DNA of 64,000 bases, from the NCBI GenBank assembly GCA_030528555.1, contig JAUMYQ010000003.1:44717-108716 (forward strand). Reading direction: 5' to 3'. How positions within the stretch are numbered: the first letter of the stretch is position 1; every line of letters begins with the position of its first letter. The DNA comes from Porphyromonadaceae bacterium (GTDB lineage: Bacteria; Bacteroidota; Bacteroidia; Bacteroidales; Porphyromonadaceae). The translations under genes were made by a program, and so were the position numbers. The notes under the pieces were generated by a model. The model ran no database searches. It worked only from the letters and a program-made list of their open reading frames with translations, and was not told the origin of the DNA. This document shows, piece by piece, positions 17,335 to 27,973 of this stretch.

Positions 17335-19326
17335 TTATTCGATAGTTTGATATTGTACGAAAGCTTCAATGGCTTCGTAAGAGGCTAGTCCAAGGCTAGA
17401 ATATAGCTGAGCTAACCCTCGATTTCTATCTTCAGAACGTTGCCAGAATAGACGTTCGTCGTCACCTAAGAATGGAGCTGCTTCCATTTGGCTTTGATGC
17501 TTTAGGATACTATGACGCTTGAAGCGCAGTTCCTCAGGGCTCATGGGGACTGCCATTTCGATATGTTCAATTTCCCACTCAGCCCAGGCGCCTCGGTACA
17601 TCCACACACGGCAATCCTCGTACCATTTTTCATGCTTGAAGAGATCTATCGCCCCAAGAATAGCATCTAGGCAAACCTTATGTGTGCCATGTGGGTCTGC
17701 TAGATCGCCAGCTACAAAGATTTCGTGTGGTTGGATGCTCTCGATGAAGTTCTTCACGATCGTGATATCAGCCTCACTGAGATCGTTCTTCTTGACTAGT
17801 CCTGTCTCATAAAATGGTAAGTCAAGAAAATGGATATGATCATCGTCTAGACCAACGAAGCGACTACCTGTACGAGCCTCTTCACGGCGGATATTTCCCT
17901 TCATGAAGCGAACATCGATACGCTCAGGCTCGCCCTCTTTCTTATGGTTCATTAGGAAGTCACGGATCTCTTCTGCCTTTTGTAGTACAGGGTCGTCTTC
18001 ACGGCCGTAATGCTTGCATACATTGCGTAGGAAACTTACATAACGAATTACTTCTTCATCTCCTACAGCGATGTTACCAGAGGTCTGATAGGCCACATGC
18101 ACATCGTGTCCCTGCTCTACAAGACGTCGGTATGTCCCACCCATGGAGATTACATCATCATCGGGATGTGGACTAAAGACAATGACGCGCTTGGGGTAAG
18201 GATTGGCTCGCTCTGGGCGGTTGGTGTCATCGGCATTGGGCTTACCTCCTGGCCAACCAGTTATGGTGTGCTGGATGTCATTGAAGACCTTGATATTTAC
18301 ATTGTACGCAGAGCCAAATTTTGCTACTAACTCCCCAAGGCCATTGTCGGTGTAGTCCTTGTTTGTAAGTTTGAGTATGGGGAGCCCTGTAATCTCGCAA
18401 AGCCATACGATGGCACGGCGAATAAGCTTCTTATTCCATACACAACTAGTTACTAGCCACGGATGATTGATGCGTGTCAGTAACGATGCTGACCCAAGAT
18501 CTAGATACACTTTAGCATTGGGATGCTGTTGTAGTACCGAAGCTGGTACGGCATCAGTTTGGGGTTGTTCTACGGCTTGGGCGATCTGCTTGGATTTGTT
18601 GTCACCCCAAGCTACGAGAGCAATCTTTTTTGCTTTGAGGATGGTAGCGAGACCGATACTGATGGCACTCTGTGGCACCTCATCAATATGGTTAAACATG
18701 CTTTTAGATGCTTCTTTGCGTGTAATCGCATCCAGTACTACCAATCGAGTATAGGTATTGGCGTTGGTACCAGGGGCGTTGAATGCAATGCTAGATGTAG
18801 CCCCAATACCAAGAACAATCATATCCATACCTCCGAGTGCATTAATGCGTTCCTCAAGTCCTGAGGCCTCCGTCCCCACACTTTCTACTGGCACTGCCAC
18901 GTTAGGGGCAAGAATGTTTTCAGGCTTAACGTTGATATGATTTAGAAATTCGGAGCTGATTTTAGCCAAACAGCCTTGAGAGCTACCCTTAACTAAAGGG
19001 TAATATTCGTGAACAACGACAAAAATAACATTAGAAAAATCTACCTCTCCTCTTTGACTTAGCTGTATAAGTTTTTGATATACCACGACTGGTGACTCTC
19101 CACCCGACAGACCCAGCACATACCTTTCACCTAGTTTAGCCTTATCATGGATACCTTTTACGATTTCGCGTGCGAGTAATTCTGCAGCTTCTTTATCGCT
19201 TTCTCCAATAAACGTTGGCACCTTTTCATATCGAGTGAGGACGGCCTCTTCAATGGCATTCGCAGGGCGGTAATATTTCTCTGGAATGTCCGTCAGTTTG
19301 ATGAGTGAACTAAGATTTGTTCTCAT
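17335..19326 (-). CDS. Long glucosamine-6-phosphate deaminase-like protein (NagB domain fused to a PIG-L/LmbE deacetylase domain)
   Basis: N-terminal NagB fold (LGLSGGESP, VPASVLQQH); C-terminal FSPHPDDD, DPHGTH, HQSQ. Confidence 0.9.
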   Translation of the reverse strand: MRTNLSSLIKLTDIPEKYYRPANAIEEAVLTRYEKVPTFIGESDKEAAELLAREIVKGIHDKAKLGERYVLGLSGGESPVVVYQKLIQLSQRGEVDFSNVIFVVVHEYYPLVKGSSQGCLAKISSEFLNHINVKPENILAPNVAVPVESVGTEASGLEERINALGGMDMIVLGIGATSSIAFNAPGTNANTYTRLVVLDAITRKEASKSMFNHIDEVPQSAISIGLATILKAKKIALVAWGDNKSKQIAQAVEQPQTDAVPASVLQQHPNAKVYLDLGSASLLTRINHPWLVTSCVWNKKLIRRAIVWLCEITGLPILKLTNKDYTDNGLGELVAKFGSAYNVNIKVFNDIQHTITGWPGGKPNADDTNRPERANPYPKRVIVFSPHPDDDVISMGGTYRRLVEQGHDVHVAYQTSGNIAVGDEEVIRYVSFLRNVCKHYGREDDPVLQKAEEIRDFLMNHKKEGEPERIDVRFMKGNIRREEARTGSRFVGLDDDHIHFLDLPFYETGLVKKNDLSEADITIVKNFIESIQPHEIFVAGDLADPHGTHKVCLDAILGAIDLFKHEKWYEDCRVWMYRGAWAEWEIEHIEMAVPMSPEELRFKRHSILKHQSQMEAAPFLGDDERLFWQRSEDRNRGLAQLYSSLGLASYEAIEAFVQYQTIE

Positions 19327-19474
19327 TGCTATATCTGATTAAAGTATGATGTCTCTCACAAAGGTAGGGATATTTTCTAAAGGAGCATCGGGATAAAAAT
19401 GAGAAAGACCGCAAGGAAGCCACTTATCATTTATGGGCAAGCTCATCGCGATCTTTTTCTATTATCTCGGTCTA

Positions 19475-20131
19475 TCATTCGGACTTCTTATTCAAAACTA
19501 ATTTGCCAAAGAACTGCGGTCTGTGAAATGCGGGTGATGGTTCGTCAATCGGTGCCCAGCTTAGGTAGTGTGGATGAGCTGTGTCATCGCCACATTTATA
19601 GAAGTTACCCCACAAGCATTCAGGCAGCTTGTTAGAAGTGTAGCCCATAGTAGACCAAGGGATTTGAACCAAGATTTGCCAAGTGTGTAACCCTTGTATG
19701 TCAATCCTCTTCCCTTGGTGTGTGGCACTTCGCAGGATGCTGGAGTATTCGCCGAGAGAGAAGGGAATACTGTCCTTAATGCTAGAGTGATGAGAAGCAT
19801 AGCAGACGCCAGCTGCATTAAACTCAAAATTGATATAGCTCTCACCTGGCTCACGTTGCATAAAAAATTCAACGCAACTATCTGTGTGCACGTAATGCCC
19901 ATCTCCAGCAGATAGGGTGCGCAGATCTAGTCCTCTAACGAAGTAGTGCAGCATCAGGCCTTCTTCCGAGTAAGCTAGGTGTACCGATACTAAGGGACGA
20001 TAAGGGAAAGACTTCCAATTAATCTTGTCAATAAAAAGGTGTGCACCATATAGTTCAAGGGCCTCGATGAAGGTTTCCTCATCAGAAAATAACTTAGAAG
20101 AGAGGTAAGGGATGTGAATGGTAGGTTTCAT
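19475..20131 (-). CDS. Carbohydrate-binding family 9-like (DOMON-like) protein
   Basis: DSCVEFF, YINFEFNAAG, NFYKCGD, PHYLSW, FHRPQFFG. Confidence 0.8.
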   Translation of the reverse strand: MKPTIHIPYLSSKLFSDEETFIEALELYGAHLFIDKINWKSFPYRPLVSVHLAYSEEGLMLHYFVRGLDLRTLSAGDGHYVHTDSCVEFFMQREPGESYINFEFNAAGVCYASHHSSIKDSIPFSLGEYSSILRSATHQGKRIDIQGLHTWQILVQIPWSTMGYTSNKLPECLWGNFYKCGDDTAHPHYLSWAPIDEPSPAFHRPQFFGKLVLNKKSE

Positions 20132-20184
20132 CTGTATATTGTTAAGGGTAATACAGTTAGAGATGATAAGGATACAAAGTATGT

Positions 20185-20838
20185 TCAGTATAGAAGTAAC
20201 CCAGAGAGTCCTGTGTAAATACTAATTAGTCCAATCACAGATAGGACAAGTGCTACCGTGTAACCGACCCATTTGATTCCACGCTCACCGAGTCTTTTAT
20301 AGAGCCGGATGACCCAATAGGTGAGAATCGTCCACCAAAGCATACAGCCCACGGCTATTGCCCCCATAGCCACGATGAGAGTTAGATAGGGACTATCCCC
20401 CACTTGTACGAAATTGAATCTAGCAAATAGTGGTAAGATAAGGAGGATAATCAGAGGATTAGAAAGGGTAACCAAAAAAGATGTAAAGATCTTTCTCGCT
20501 CCGTGTCTCTTACTTAAGCGCTTTGTTGGCGTGTACTTCATCTTTTGAGCAGCGTGCCGATAGACAAAGTAACTGAATATGATAATGACGATACCCCCTA
20601 TTAAGCGGAGCATATCGTTGTTGGCTTCAAGATGCTCAAGAATAAGGCCTACTCCCTTGTAGACAATCAAGGCATAGAGCGTGTCGCTAATGGCAGCACC
20701 TACTCCAATGAGTAGTCCCTCCTTTCGGCTACCATATATAGTTTCCCTAAGGCACAATAACCCGACTGGCCCTAAGGGGGCCGATATGATCATTCCGATA
20801 AGGATACCGTATATAATGGTATGTAGGAAAATATCCAT
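20185..20838 (-). CDS. LysE-family transporter
   Basis: APLGPVGLLC, GAAISD, TLSNP; six hydrophobic segments. Confidence 0.85.
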   Translation of the reverse strand: MDIFLHTIIYGILIGMIISAPLGPVGLLCLRETIYGSRKEGLLIGVGAAISDTLYALIVYKGVGLILEHLEANNDMLRLIGGIVIIIFSYFVYRHAAQKMKYTPTKRLSKRHGARKIFTSFLVTLSNPLIILLILPLFARFNFVQVGDSPYLTLIVAMGAIAVGCMLWWTILTYWVIRLYKRLGERGIKWVGYTVALVLSVIGLISIYTGLSGLLLY

Positions 20839-20860
20839 TAGACAAGTTACAAAATTAAGA

Positions 20861-20902
20861 GAGGGCGTGTCTGTCAGTCGATACTACAATAGACACGCCC
20901 TC
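20861..20902 (-). terminator. Terminator hairpin after fba
   Basis: 12-bp stem GAGGGCGTGTCT/AGACACGCCCTC. Confidence 0.65.
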
Positions 20903-20932
20903 CTACTTCACTTGCTATAAATCTAATTAAGA

Positions 20933-21928
20933 TTATAGGCGATTGTTTGAACCAAGTACGTTTTCAATCTTGTGCATATAGAGTTTCTTGAGTGAGTCGC
21001 GAGCTGGACCGAGATACTTACGAGGGTCAAACTCGGCAGGCTTATTGGCAAATACATCGCGGATAGCAGCCGTCATAGCTAGGCGACCATCAGAGTCGAT
21101 GTTGATCTTGCAGACTGCGCTCTTAGCTGCACGACGAAGCTGCTCCTCAGGGATACCAACTGCATCCTTGAGCGCACCACCATATTTGTTGATTGTAGAC
21201 ACTTCGTCCTGGGGTACTGATGAAGCACCATGTAGAACGATGGGGAAGCCTGGGGCTTGCTTTTCTATTTCTTCGAGGATGTCGAAGCGTAGGGGAGGTG
21301 GGACAAGTACGCCATTGGCATCACGCTCGCACTGCTCGGGTGTGAACTTGTTAGCACCGTGAGACGTGCCGATAGAGATAGCTAGTGAGTCTACGCCTGT
21401 TTTCGTGAGGAAGTCTACAACCTCCTCGGGCTGCGTGTAGGTGTGATGCTCTGCTACAACATCGTCCTCTACGCCAGCGAGGATACCAAGCTCACCCTCA
21501 ACCGTTACATCGTGCTGGTGTGCGTACTCTACTACAGACTTCGTCAGAGCAACGTTTTCGTCGTAGGGCAGGTGGGAACCATCGATCATAACAGACGAGA
21601 AACCCATCTCTATACAACTTTTGCATAGCTCGAGGCTGTCACCATGGTCGAGGTGAAGGGCGATCTGAGGATTGGTACAGCCAAGCTCCTTGGCGTACTC
21701 TACCGCACCCTGAGCCATATAACGGAGAAGAGTTTGGTTGGCATACTTGCGAGCTCCGCTGGATACCTGAAGGATAACGGGCGACTTGGTCTCAACGGCT
21801 GCACCGATGATAGCCTGTAGCTGCTCCATGTTGTTGAAGTTAAAGGCGGGAATTGCATAGCCACCCTTTACAGCCTTTGCAAACATCTCACGAGTGTTTA
21901 CAAGACCTAGTTCTTTGTAACTTACCAT
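20933..21928 (-). CDS. fba: Class II fructose-1,6-bisphosphate aldolase
   Basis: AFNFNN, HLDHG, SVMIDGS, VEGELG, GTSHG, VLHGAS, KINID; TATCTTTG promoter at 21989-21996 (minus). Confidence 0.96.
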   Translation of the reverse strand: MVSYKELGLVNTREMFAKAVKGGYAIPAFNFNNMEQLQAIIGAAVETKSPVILQVSSGARKYANQTLLRYMAQGAVEYAKELGCTNPQIALHLDHGDSLELCKSCIEMGFSSVMIDGSHLPYDENVALTKSVVEYAHQHDVTVEGELGILAGVEDDVVAEHHTYTQPEEVVDFLTKTGVDSLAISIGTSHGANKFTPEQCERDANGVLVPPPLRFDILEEIEKQAPGFPIVLHGASSVPQDEVSTINKYGGALKDAVGIPEEQLRRAAKSAVCKINIDSDGRLAMTAAIRDVFANKPAEFDPRKYLGPARDSLKKLYMHKIENVLGSNNRL

Positions 21929-22390
21929 TGTCTTTAGTTAATTTATTGTGTACACGATTTAATTTCATCGTTGTCCTAACGAACATGGCAAAGATAGGGA
22001 TAATAAGTATAAGACACAAAGGGTTATTTAAGTTTTTTACTATATTAATACTGTACTTAAAGTATCCCATTTCTTTTGTCTCTTTCTTAGCTGTAAATGG
22101 TGAATAGGGATTGAAACCAATTGGCTGATAATTCAATTTTACGGTGAACTATGTTCATTTGAATGACATACTGTCTGTATGATAGGCTAGGCTGATCGAG
22201 TTCTATATCATTCAATAGATTTTGCAAGTCAAGTTGACGGAGGATAAGAGTGATTTTTTATTGGGTGTTTTTGCCTTGTAGTGATGAAGTTGATAGAGGT
22301 AGTGGGATGTCACGAGTTGCATAGTCTTGATCTATTTTTAAATCGTTTTGTTACCTTTGGAGAGGTCGAGGATAAGCTTATCACGGTTGT

Positions 22391-23728
22391 ATGTTAGTTG
22401 CTGTTATGGATGCAAACATTCGCTCAAGAATAGATAGTCTCATTCGCCGAGAGGTTTCGCCTGCCATGGGCTGTACTGAGCCCGTGGCGATTGCTTTGGC
22501 GGTGGCTTATGCCTCGTCACTTCTCTCTGACGAGGCTTCGAGTCTACGCGTTTGGCTCAGTGCCAATATGCTTAAGAATGCTATGGGGGTCGGAATCCCC
22601 GGCACAGGTAAGATTGGTATCCCTATCGCCATAGCGTTGGGGGCTGTATTGCGCTGCCCGGAGCGTCAGCTAGAGGTGCTCGATGGCTTCTCGAGTGAGG
22701 CCTTGGCGCGTGCCGAGGCTATCGTGGAGGCCGGGCTAATCGAGATTAACCTAAAGGAAGAGCCAGAGCTCGATCGCCTTTATATAGAGGTTCTAGCACA
22801 TGATGCCCAAGGGAATGAGGCAAAGGCTATTATCCAAAAGCACCACACGCACCTACATCATCTAAGTCTCAATGGCGAAAATCGTCTTAATCAGACTGAA
22901 GAACCCTTCGGTTGTAGTGAGACGCTTACCACTTCGTCCAGCTTATTGGACGAAGACATTACGCTTAACTTCGCCCTTGTCTATGACTATGCCACGACTG
23001 CGCCACTCGAAGACCTCAACTTCATCTACGAGGCTGCGCTACAGAATAAGGCTGTGGGCGAATATGCCCTAAGCCGCGACTATGGCCATGGGGTAGGTCG
23101 GATGATTGGGAGCCGAGTGGGGGAGCGATATCTCGGCTCTAGCTCCCTGACGAAGATGCTCAAGTACACCAGTGCTGCCTGCGATGCGCGCATGGATGGC
23201 GCGCCAATGATGGTCATGAGTAATACCGGTAGTGGCAATCAGGGTATTACGGCCACGCTTCCAGTCCTAACCTTTGCCGAGGCCGAGGGGTGCTCTCGAG
23301 AAGAAACTACTAGGGCTTTGATGATGAGCAGCCTCTTGGTTGTCTATATCAAGCAGCTGCTGGGGCGGCTCTCTGGACTGTGCGGCATGGTTGTCTCGGG
23401 TGTTGGCTCATCTGCCGCGCTGGTTTACCTGATGGGTGGTAGCCGAGAGCAGTCTGCATACGCCGTGCATAACATGATTGGTAATGTTGCTGGCATGATT
23501 TGTGACGGCGCGAAGCCCAGTTGTAGCCTCAAAGCCTCCACGGGAGTCTACTCTGGCATGCTGGCCGCGCTACTGGCTATGGAGCATCGGGTAGTTACTT
23601 CTATCGAAGGCATCGTAGAGCGTGAGGTAGATGACACTATTGCCAACCTGGCCACGCTCGGCCGCGAGGCCATGATGGCCACAGACCAGAAGGTGCTCGA
23701 GCTTATGACGAATAAGAAAAATCGCTAG
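22391..23728 (+). CDS. L-cysteine desulfidase / serine dehydratase alpha family protein (CyuA/YhaM-like)
   Basis: PAMGCTEP, KNAMGVGIPG, DARM, GSGNQG, GMICDGAKPSC; TACCTTTG promoter at 22352. Confidence 0.88.
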   Translation: MLVAVMDANIRSRIDSLIRREVSPAMGCTEPVAIALAVAYASSLLSDEASSLRVWLSANMLKNAMGVGIPGTGKIGIPIAIALGAVLRCPERQLEVLDGFSSEALARAEAIVEAGLIEINLKEEPELDRLYIEVLAHDAQGNEAKAIIQKHHTHLHHLSLNGENRLNQTEEPFGCSETLTTSSSLLDEDITLNFALVYDYATTAPLEDLNFIYEAALQNKAVGEYALSRDYGHGVGRMIGSRVGERYLGSSSLTKMLKYTSAACDARMDGAPMMVMSNTGSGNQGITATLPVLTFAEAEGCSREETTRALMMSSLLVVYIKQLLGRLSGLCGMVVSGVGSSAALVYLMGGSREQSAYAVHNMIGNVAGMICDGAKPSCSLKASTGVYSGMLAALLAMEHRVVTSIEGIVEREVDDTIANLATLGREAMMATDQKVLELMTNKKNR

Positions 23729-23733
23729 CCGCT

Positions 23734-24504
23734 ATGCCCCACAGCCAAGCCCTTATTGTCATTCCTGCCCGCTACGGCTCTAGTCGATTCCCGGGGAAAC
23801 CCCTCGTAGAGCTAGCTGGTAAGCCCATCGTGCAGCACGTCTTGGAGCGCGCCTCTAGTCTTGGCGGGCGAGCAGTCGTAGCCACAGACGATGAGCGGAT
23901 ATTCGATCGTGTCCAGAGCTTTGGTGGCGAAGCTATAATGACGGGCACTCATCACCGCTCCGGCACGGACAGATGTCTCGAAGCCTACCGGCTGATTGGC
24001 CGGGGAGAGCCGTATCTCATCAATCTTCAGGGGGACGAACCCTTCGTCATGCCCGCTCAAATCACAACCTTGCTGGAGGCTTTGCGCACTTCGGGGGCTG
24101 AGATTGCCACGCTTGCCGAGACTTTTGCCCCCGACACACCAGACGAAGAGCTCAGCAATCCTAATCTGGTGAAGCTCGTGCGGGGCTCTTCGGGGCAAGC
24201 ACTCTACTTCAGCCGCTCGGTCATCCCCCACATTCGGGGGGTAGAGCAGGGGCTTTGTCGGCATCATCAATATTACCGTCACGTCGGGCTGTATGGCTTT
24301 CGGGCCGAAGTGCTGGACACTTTGGCCGCTCTTGCCCCCTCGCCGCTGGAGGAGCTGGAGAGCTTAGAGCAATTGCGCTGGCTCGAGGCCGGACTAAGCC
24401 TACAGGTAGCGCTCACCGAGGCGGCCACTATTGGCATCGACAACCCCGCGGATCTCGAGCGCGCCGAGCGTTTTTTGCGCACCAATCCTAACTTTCTTCT
24501 ATGA
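23734..24504 (+). CDS. kdsB: 3-deoxy-manno-octulosonate cytidylyltransferase
   Basis: IPARYGSSRFPGKPL, SGTDR, NLQGDEP, LYFSR, ESLEQLRWLE. Confidence 0.96.
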   Translation: MPHSQALIVIPARYGSSRFPGKPLVELAGKPIVQHVLERASSLGGRAVVATDDERIFDRVQSFGGEAIMTGTHHRSGTDRCLEAYRLIGRGEPYLINLQGDEPFVMPAQITTLLEALRTSGAEIATLAETFAPDTPDEELSNPNLVKLVRGSSGQALYFSRSVIPHIRGVEQGLCRHHQYYRHVGLYGFRAEVLDTLAALAPSPLEELESLEQLRWLEAGLSLQVALTEAATIGIDNPADLERAERFLRTNPNFLL

Positions 24505-26558
24505 TAGACCCCGCTACCAAGCAAGCCATCCTAGACAGGGCGCAGATCTTGGACGTGGTTAGCGACTTTGTGAGCCTACGGCGCAGCGGAGTTAGCTACA
24601 TTGGTTTGTGCCCTTTTCATAGCGATCGCCGGCCTTCGTTCTCCGTTTCTCCGTCGAAGAACGTCTGCAAATGCTTCTCTTGCGGGGAGGGTGGCTCGCC
24701 CGTGCACTTCATTATGAAGCACGAGCAGCTCACTTATACCGAGGCACTGAGGTATTTGGCCAAGAAATATCATATCGAGATCATCGAACGCGAGGTCACG
24801 GATGCCGAGCGAGAGGCGGAGAATGAGCGACAGAGTCTATTCCTAGTCAACGAATTTGCCCAATCTTTTTTCCATAAGAACCTCCTCTCCGGGGCGAATG
24901 AGTCGCCTTTTGCCCTAGCTTATTTTAGGGAAAGAGGCATTCGCCCCGAGACGATCGAGAAGTTTGGCCTAGGCTATGCCCCGGAGGCGCGTACGGCGCT
25001 CACCGACGAGGCTAGGGCTAAGGGCTATAGCGTAGAGCGTTTGGTCTCGGTAGGTCTTAGCGCGCAGTATGACGATGGCGGCAGAGTGATGGATCGCTTC
25101 CGCGGGCGCATCATTTTTCCCGTGCGCAATCTGGGTGGCAAATACGTCGCTTTTGGTGGCCGCATTATGGGCAAGAGCGAAAAAGTCGCCAAGTATATCA
25201 ATTCACCAGAGAGTCCTATCTACTCCAAGAGTAGAGAACTTTACGGATTGTACTGGGCGAAGAATGCAATCGCTAAGGCTGATAAGTGTTATCTCGTAGA
25301 GGGTTATACCGATGTGATAAGCCTTCATCAGAGCGGGATAGAGAATGTCGTGGCATCGTCCGGGACTGCTTTGACGGTCGCGCAGATTCGACTTATCCGC
25401 CGCTTTACTGAGCATGTCACAGTCCTCTATGACGGCGACTGGGCGGGGATAAAGGCTGCCCTGCGCGGGATAGATCTTTTGCTCGAGGAGGGGCTGAGTA
25501 TTAAGGTCGTTTTGCTACCCGAGGGCGAAGATCCAGACTCCTATGCACGCCGGCACAGTACGACTGAGCTGCAAACTTTCCTAAGCGATTCGGAGGTCGA
25601 CTTTATCCAATTCAAGATAAACCTCTATGCCGAGGACATGAAGCGCGACCCTCTTCGGCGCGCCGAGCTGGTGAGTGATGTCCTCCGCAGTATTGCGCTC
25701 ATCCCAGACGCTATACGCCGTGCCGTCTACATTCAGGCCTCGGCCAAAGATTTGCGTATGGATGAGCAGCTCCTCGCTGGAGAGATTGCCAAGCTACGCC
25801 AGCGTGGTCACTCGGCCGCTGGTAGCTATCAGCCTCCTCAGCCTAGGCCCGTGCCCCAATTGGTCGGGCAGGGTGGGGCGACTCAGCCAGCTGTTGTGAG
25901 CGGCACGCCTAGCGTTTCGCCCATCGAGCCCAGCGTTTCGCCCCAGGGTGCTAAGCCTACGCTGGAGATTAACCCCTATGAGCAGGAATTGCTCAAGCTC
26001 GTTATCTCCCGCGGCAATGAGCTGGTTGTTGTTGATCTCTCTGAGGGGCATGCCAAAGAGGCTCCTTGGGAAGAGGTTTCAGTTGTTTCTCTTATCAAGC
26101 AAGAGCTAGAATATAGCCAGTTGTTATCTTCTCTTTCATCTATCGCTCAGCAGGTAATAGCCGAAGCTGATCTGCTTGACTCTAGCATAAGCTGTGCTGC
26201 TTACTTCGTTAATCACCATTCTGAAAGTATCCGGCGTATCTCTACCGATATTTTGAGTAATCCCTATGCTGCTTATGAGTCGGCAAGTGAACAAGATAAT
26301 GAGGAGAGGTTGACTCAAGAGAGCCTAATAAGGCAACGCAAACGATTAGGTGTTGAGGTGCTACGTGAACTGGATAACATTCGTATGCAAGTGTTGATGC
26401 AGGATATTCATGTCCTTCAGACACAAATGCTCTCTCTTCAAAGAGAGGAAAGTCCTGATATGGAGAGGATAATGAAGATAATGACAGAGATAAACGAACT
26501 TAATCAGCTCAAAATATCATTTGCTCAAATTTTAGGAGAGAGAACGATAGTTCTTTGA
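24501..26558 (+). CDS. dnaG: DNA primase
   Basis: CPFH zinc finger, FGGR, KYINSPES, VEGYTDV, YDGD, DPD. Confidence 0.97.
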   Translation: MIDPATKQAILDRAQILDVVSDFVSLRRSGVSYIGLCPFHSDRRPSFSVSPSKNVCKCFSCGEGGSPVHFIMKHEQLTYTEALRYLAKKYHIEIIEREVTDAEREAENERQSLFLVNEFAQSFFHKNLLSGANESPFALAYFRERGIRPETIEKFGLGYAPEARTALTDEARAKGYSVERLVSVGLSAQYDDGGRVMDRFRGRIIFPVRNLGGKYVAFGGRIMGKSEKVAKYINSPESPIYSKSRELYGLYWAKNAIAKADKCYLVEGYTDVISLHQSGIENVVASSGTALTVAQIRLIRRFTEHVTVLYDGDWAGIKAALRGIDLLLEEGLSIKVVLLPEGEDPDSYARRHSTTELQTFLSDSEVDFIQFKINLYAEDMKRDPLRRAELVSDVLRSIALIPDAIRRAVYIQASAKDLRMDEQLLAGEIAKLRQRGHSAAGSYQPPQPRPVPQLVGQGGATQPAVVSGTPSVSPIEPSVSPQGAKPTLEINPYEQELLKLVISRGNELVVVDLSEGHAKEAPWEEVSVVSLIKQELEYSQLLSSLSSIAQQVIAEADLLDSSISCAAYFVNHHSESIRRISTDILSNPYAAYESASEQDNEERLTQESLIRQRKRLGVEVLRELDNIRMQVLMQDIHVLQTQMLSLQREESPDMERIMKIMTEINELNQLKISFAQILGERTIVL

Positions 26559-26626
26559 CAAATAGAAGTTTTGGTTATTATAGTAAACTTGTGGTTGAAT
26601 ATTAAATACTTAATTAATTAAAGGTA

Positions 26627-27145
26627 ATGAAGAAGATTAGTTTTTTAACTCTATCATTGACGTGTTCACTGCTGGGTGTGCCGGCCACGGCATGTAGTTC
26701 TGGGGGGCAGGCTCAGGAGCAAATATCTAAAAAGGGAGTTGTAGCAAAGGAAAATGTGGATATTCAGAAGAAAGAAATGAAAGAAGAGGCTGTTCGCCTC
26801 ATTGATGCTGCTTTTATGCGTGCGAACATCTTTGATTACATGGAGAATCCTACAAAATTTAATTTCAAAGGTTCTCGCCCAACTATTCTAGATTTTTATG
26901 CAGATTGGTGTCCACCCTGTCGTCGGCTTTCGCCCAAACTGATCAAATTGGCTGAGAGATATAAGGATAAGATTGATGTTTACAAAATCAACATAGACAA
27001 AGAGGAGGAGCTCGCTCGTGTATTTGGGGTCAAGAGTATCCCGATGTTGTTGTTTATCCCCATGGACGGTACACCTATTCAGGCACTTGGTGACCTATCA
27101 GAAGAGGATCTGGAGCAGTCTGTAAAGAAGATTTTGTCTCAGTGA
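26627..27145 (+). CDS. Thioredoxin-family lipoprotein
   Basis: DFYADWCPPC active site; signal peptide with lipobox ATA-C. Confidence 0.88.
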   Translation: MKKISFLTLSLTCSLLGVPATACSSGGQAQEQISKKGVVAKENVDIQKKEMKEEAVRLIDAAFMRANIFDYMENPTKFNFKGSRPTILDFYADWCPPCRRLSPKLIKLAERYKDKIDVYKINIDKEEELARVFGVKSIPMLLFIPMDGTPIQALGDLSEEDLEQSVKKILSQ

Positions 27146-27973
27146 TTAGGTATAGGGATCAAGCTCTTAGGTTCTGAAACCTTACTTCTAGTAACAATTA
27201 TCTCACTAATTTGAGTGGTGAACTTGGCTTCGCAACTAGCCAATGAATACTCTCATAGCTTTCCAAACCACAAAAACCGTTCAAATATTCTTCGAAATTA
27301 TATCCATTGGAGAGGGGACGGATGCAGAAATCCCGAGTAGAATAAACATTCTACTCGGGTGTGTATGGCTTAAGACAGCTTTGTTTTTATTTTTCAGGTC
27401 TCATTTTTGTAGTTGAACAAATTTCAAATGGAGATAGACTATCCGTTTGAGGAAATTCAGTGACAACTTTATCGTATACTCTTTAGTGGAAAAAACATAA
27501 AGGTAGATCTGTTTGAAGTGTTTTCGAGAAAGTTAAAGTGTTATCTATAGTCTTCATTCTTAATGGAGTAGCGATGGATCTCTCTATAAGTTCGATAAAT
27601 TTATCTTGAGATACCTTTGCTGAGGTTGTTTACACCTTGTAGTAACACAATCTTTGTAAAATCGATTTTTAAAGAGCCACGAGTTTACTTTCAAAAGCTT
27701 TTTTGTTCTGGATATCGCACCCAAGAAAAGGATGTAGGGAATTCCATATACTGTAGTACATGTTTGATGTCGTCCAATAGCGTTATAATGCTCTAGAAAC
27801 GATGTCAGAACATCTCCAAATAGCTATCCCTTGTTGTGGTAGATATAACACAATTGATACAACGATTTTAGCTTGGTTGTTACTTGGGTCCTCCTTCGCT
27901 TCTCTCAACTCCATAGGCTTTTGGATATAAAATGGCTAACTTTGTGCAGTAACAGCAACGTATATTAATCTTG

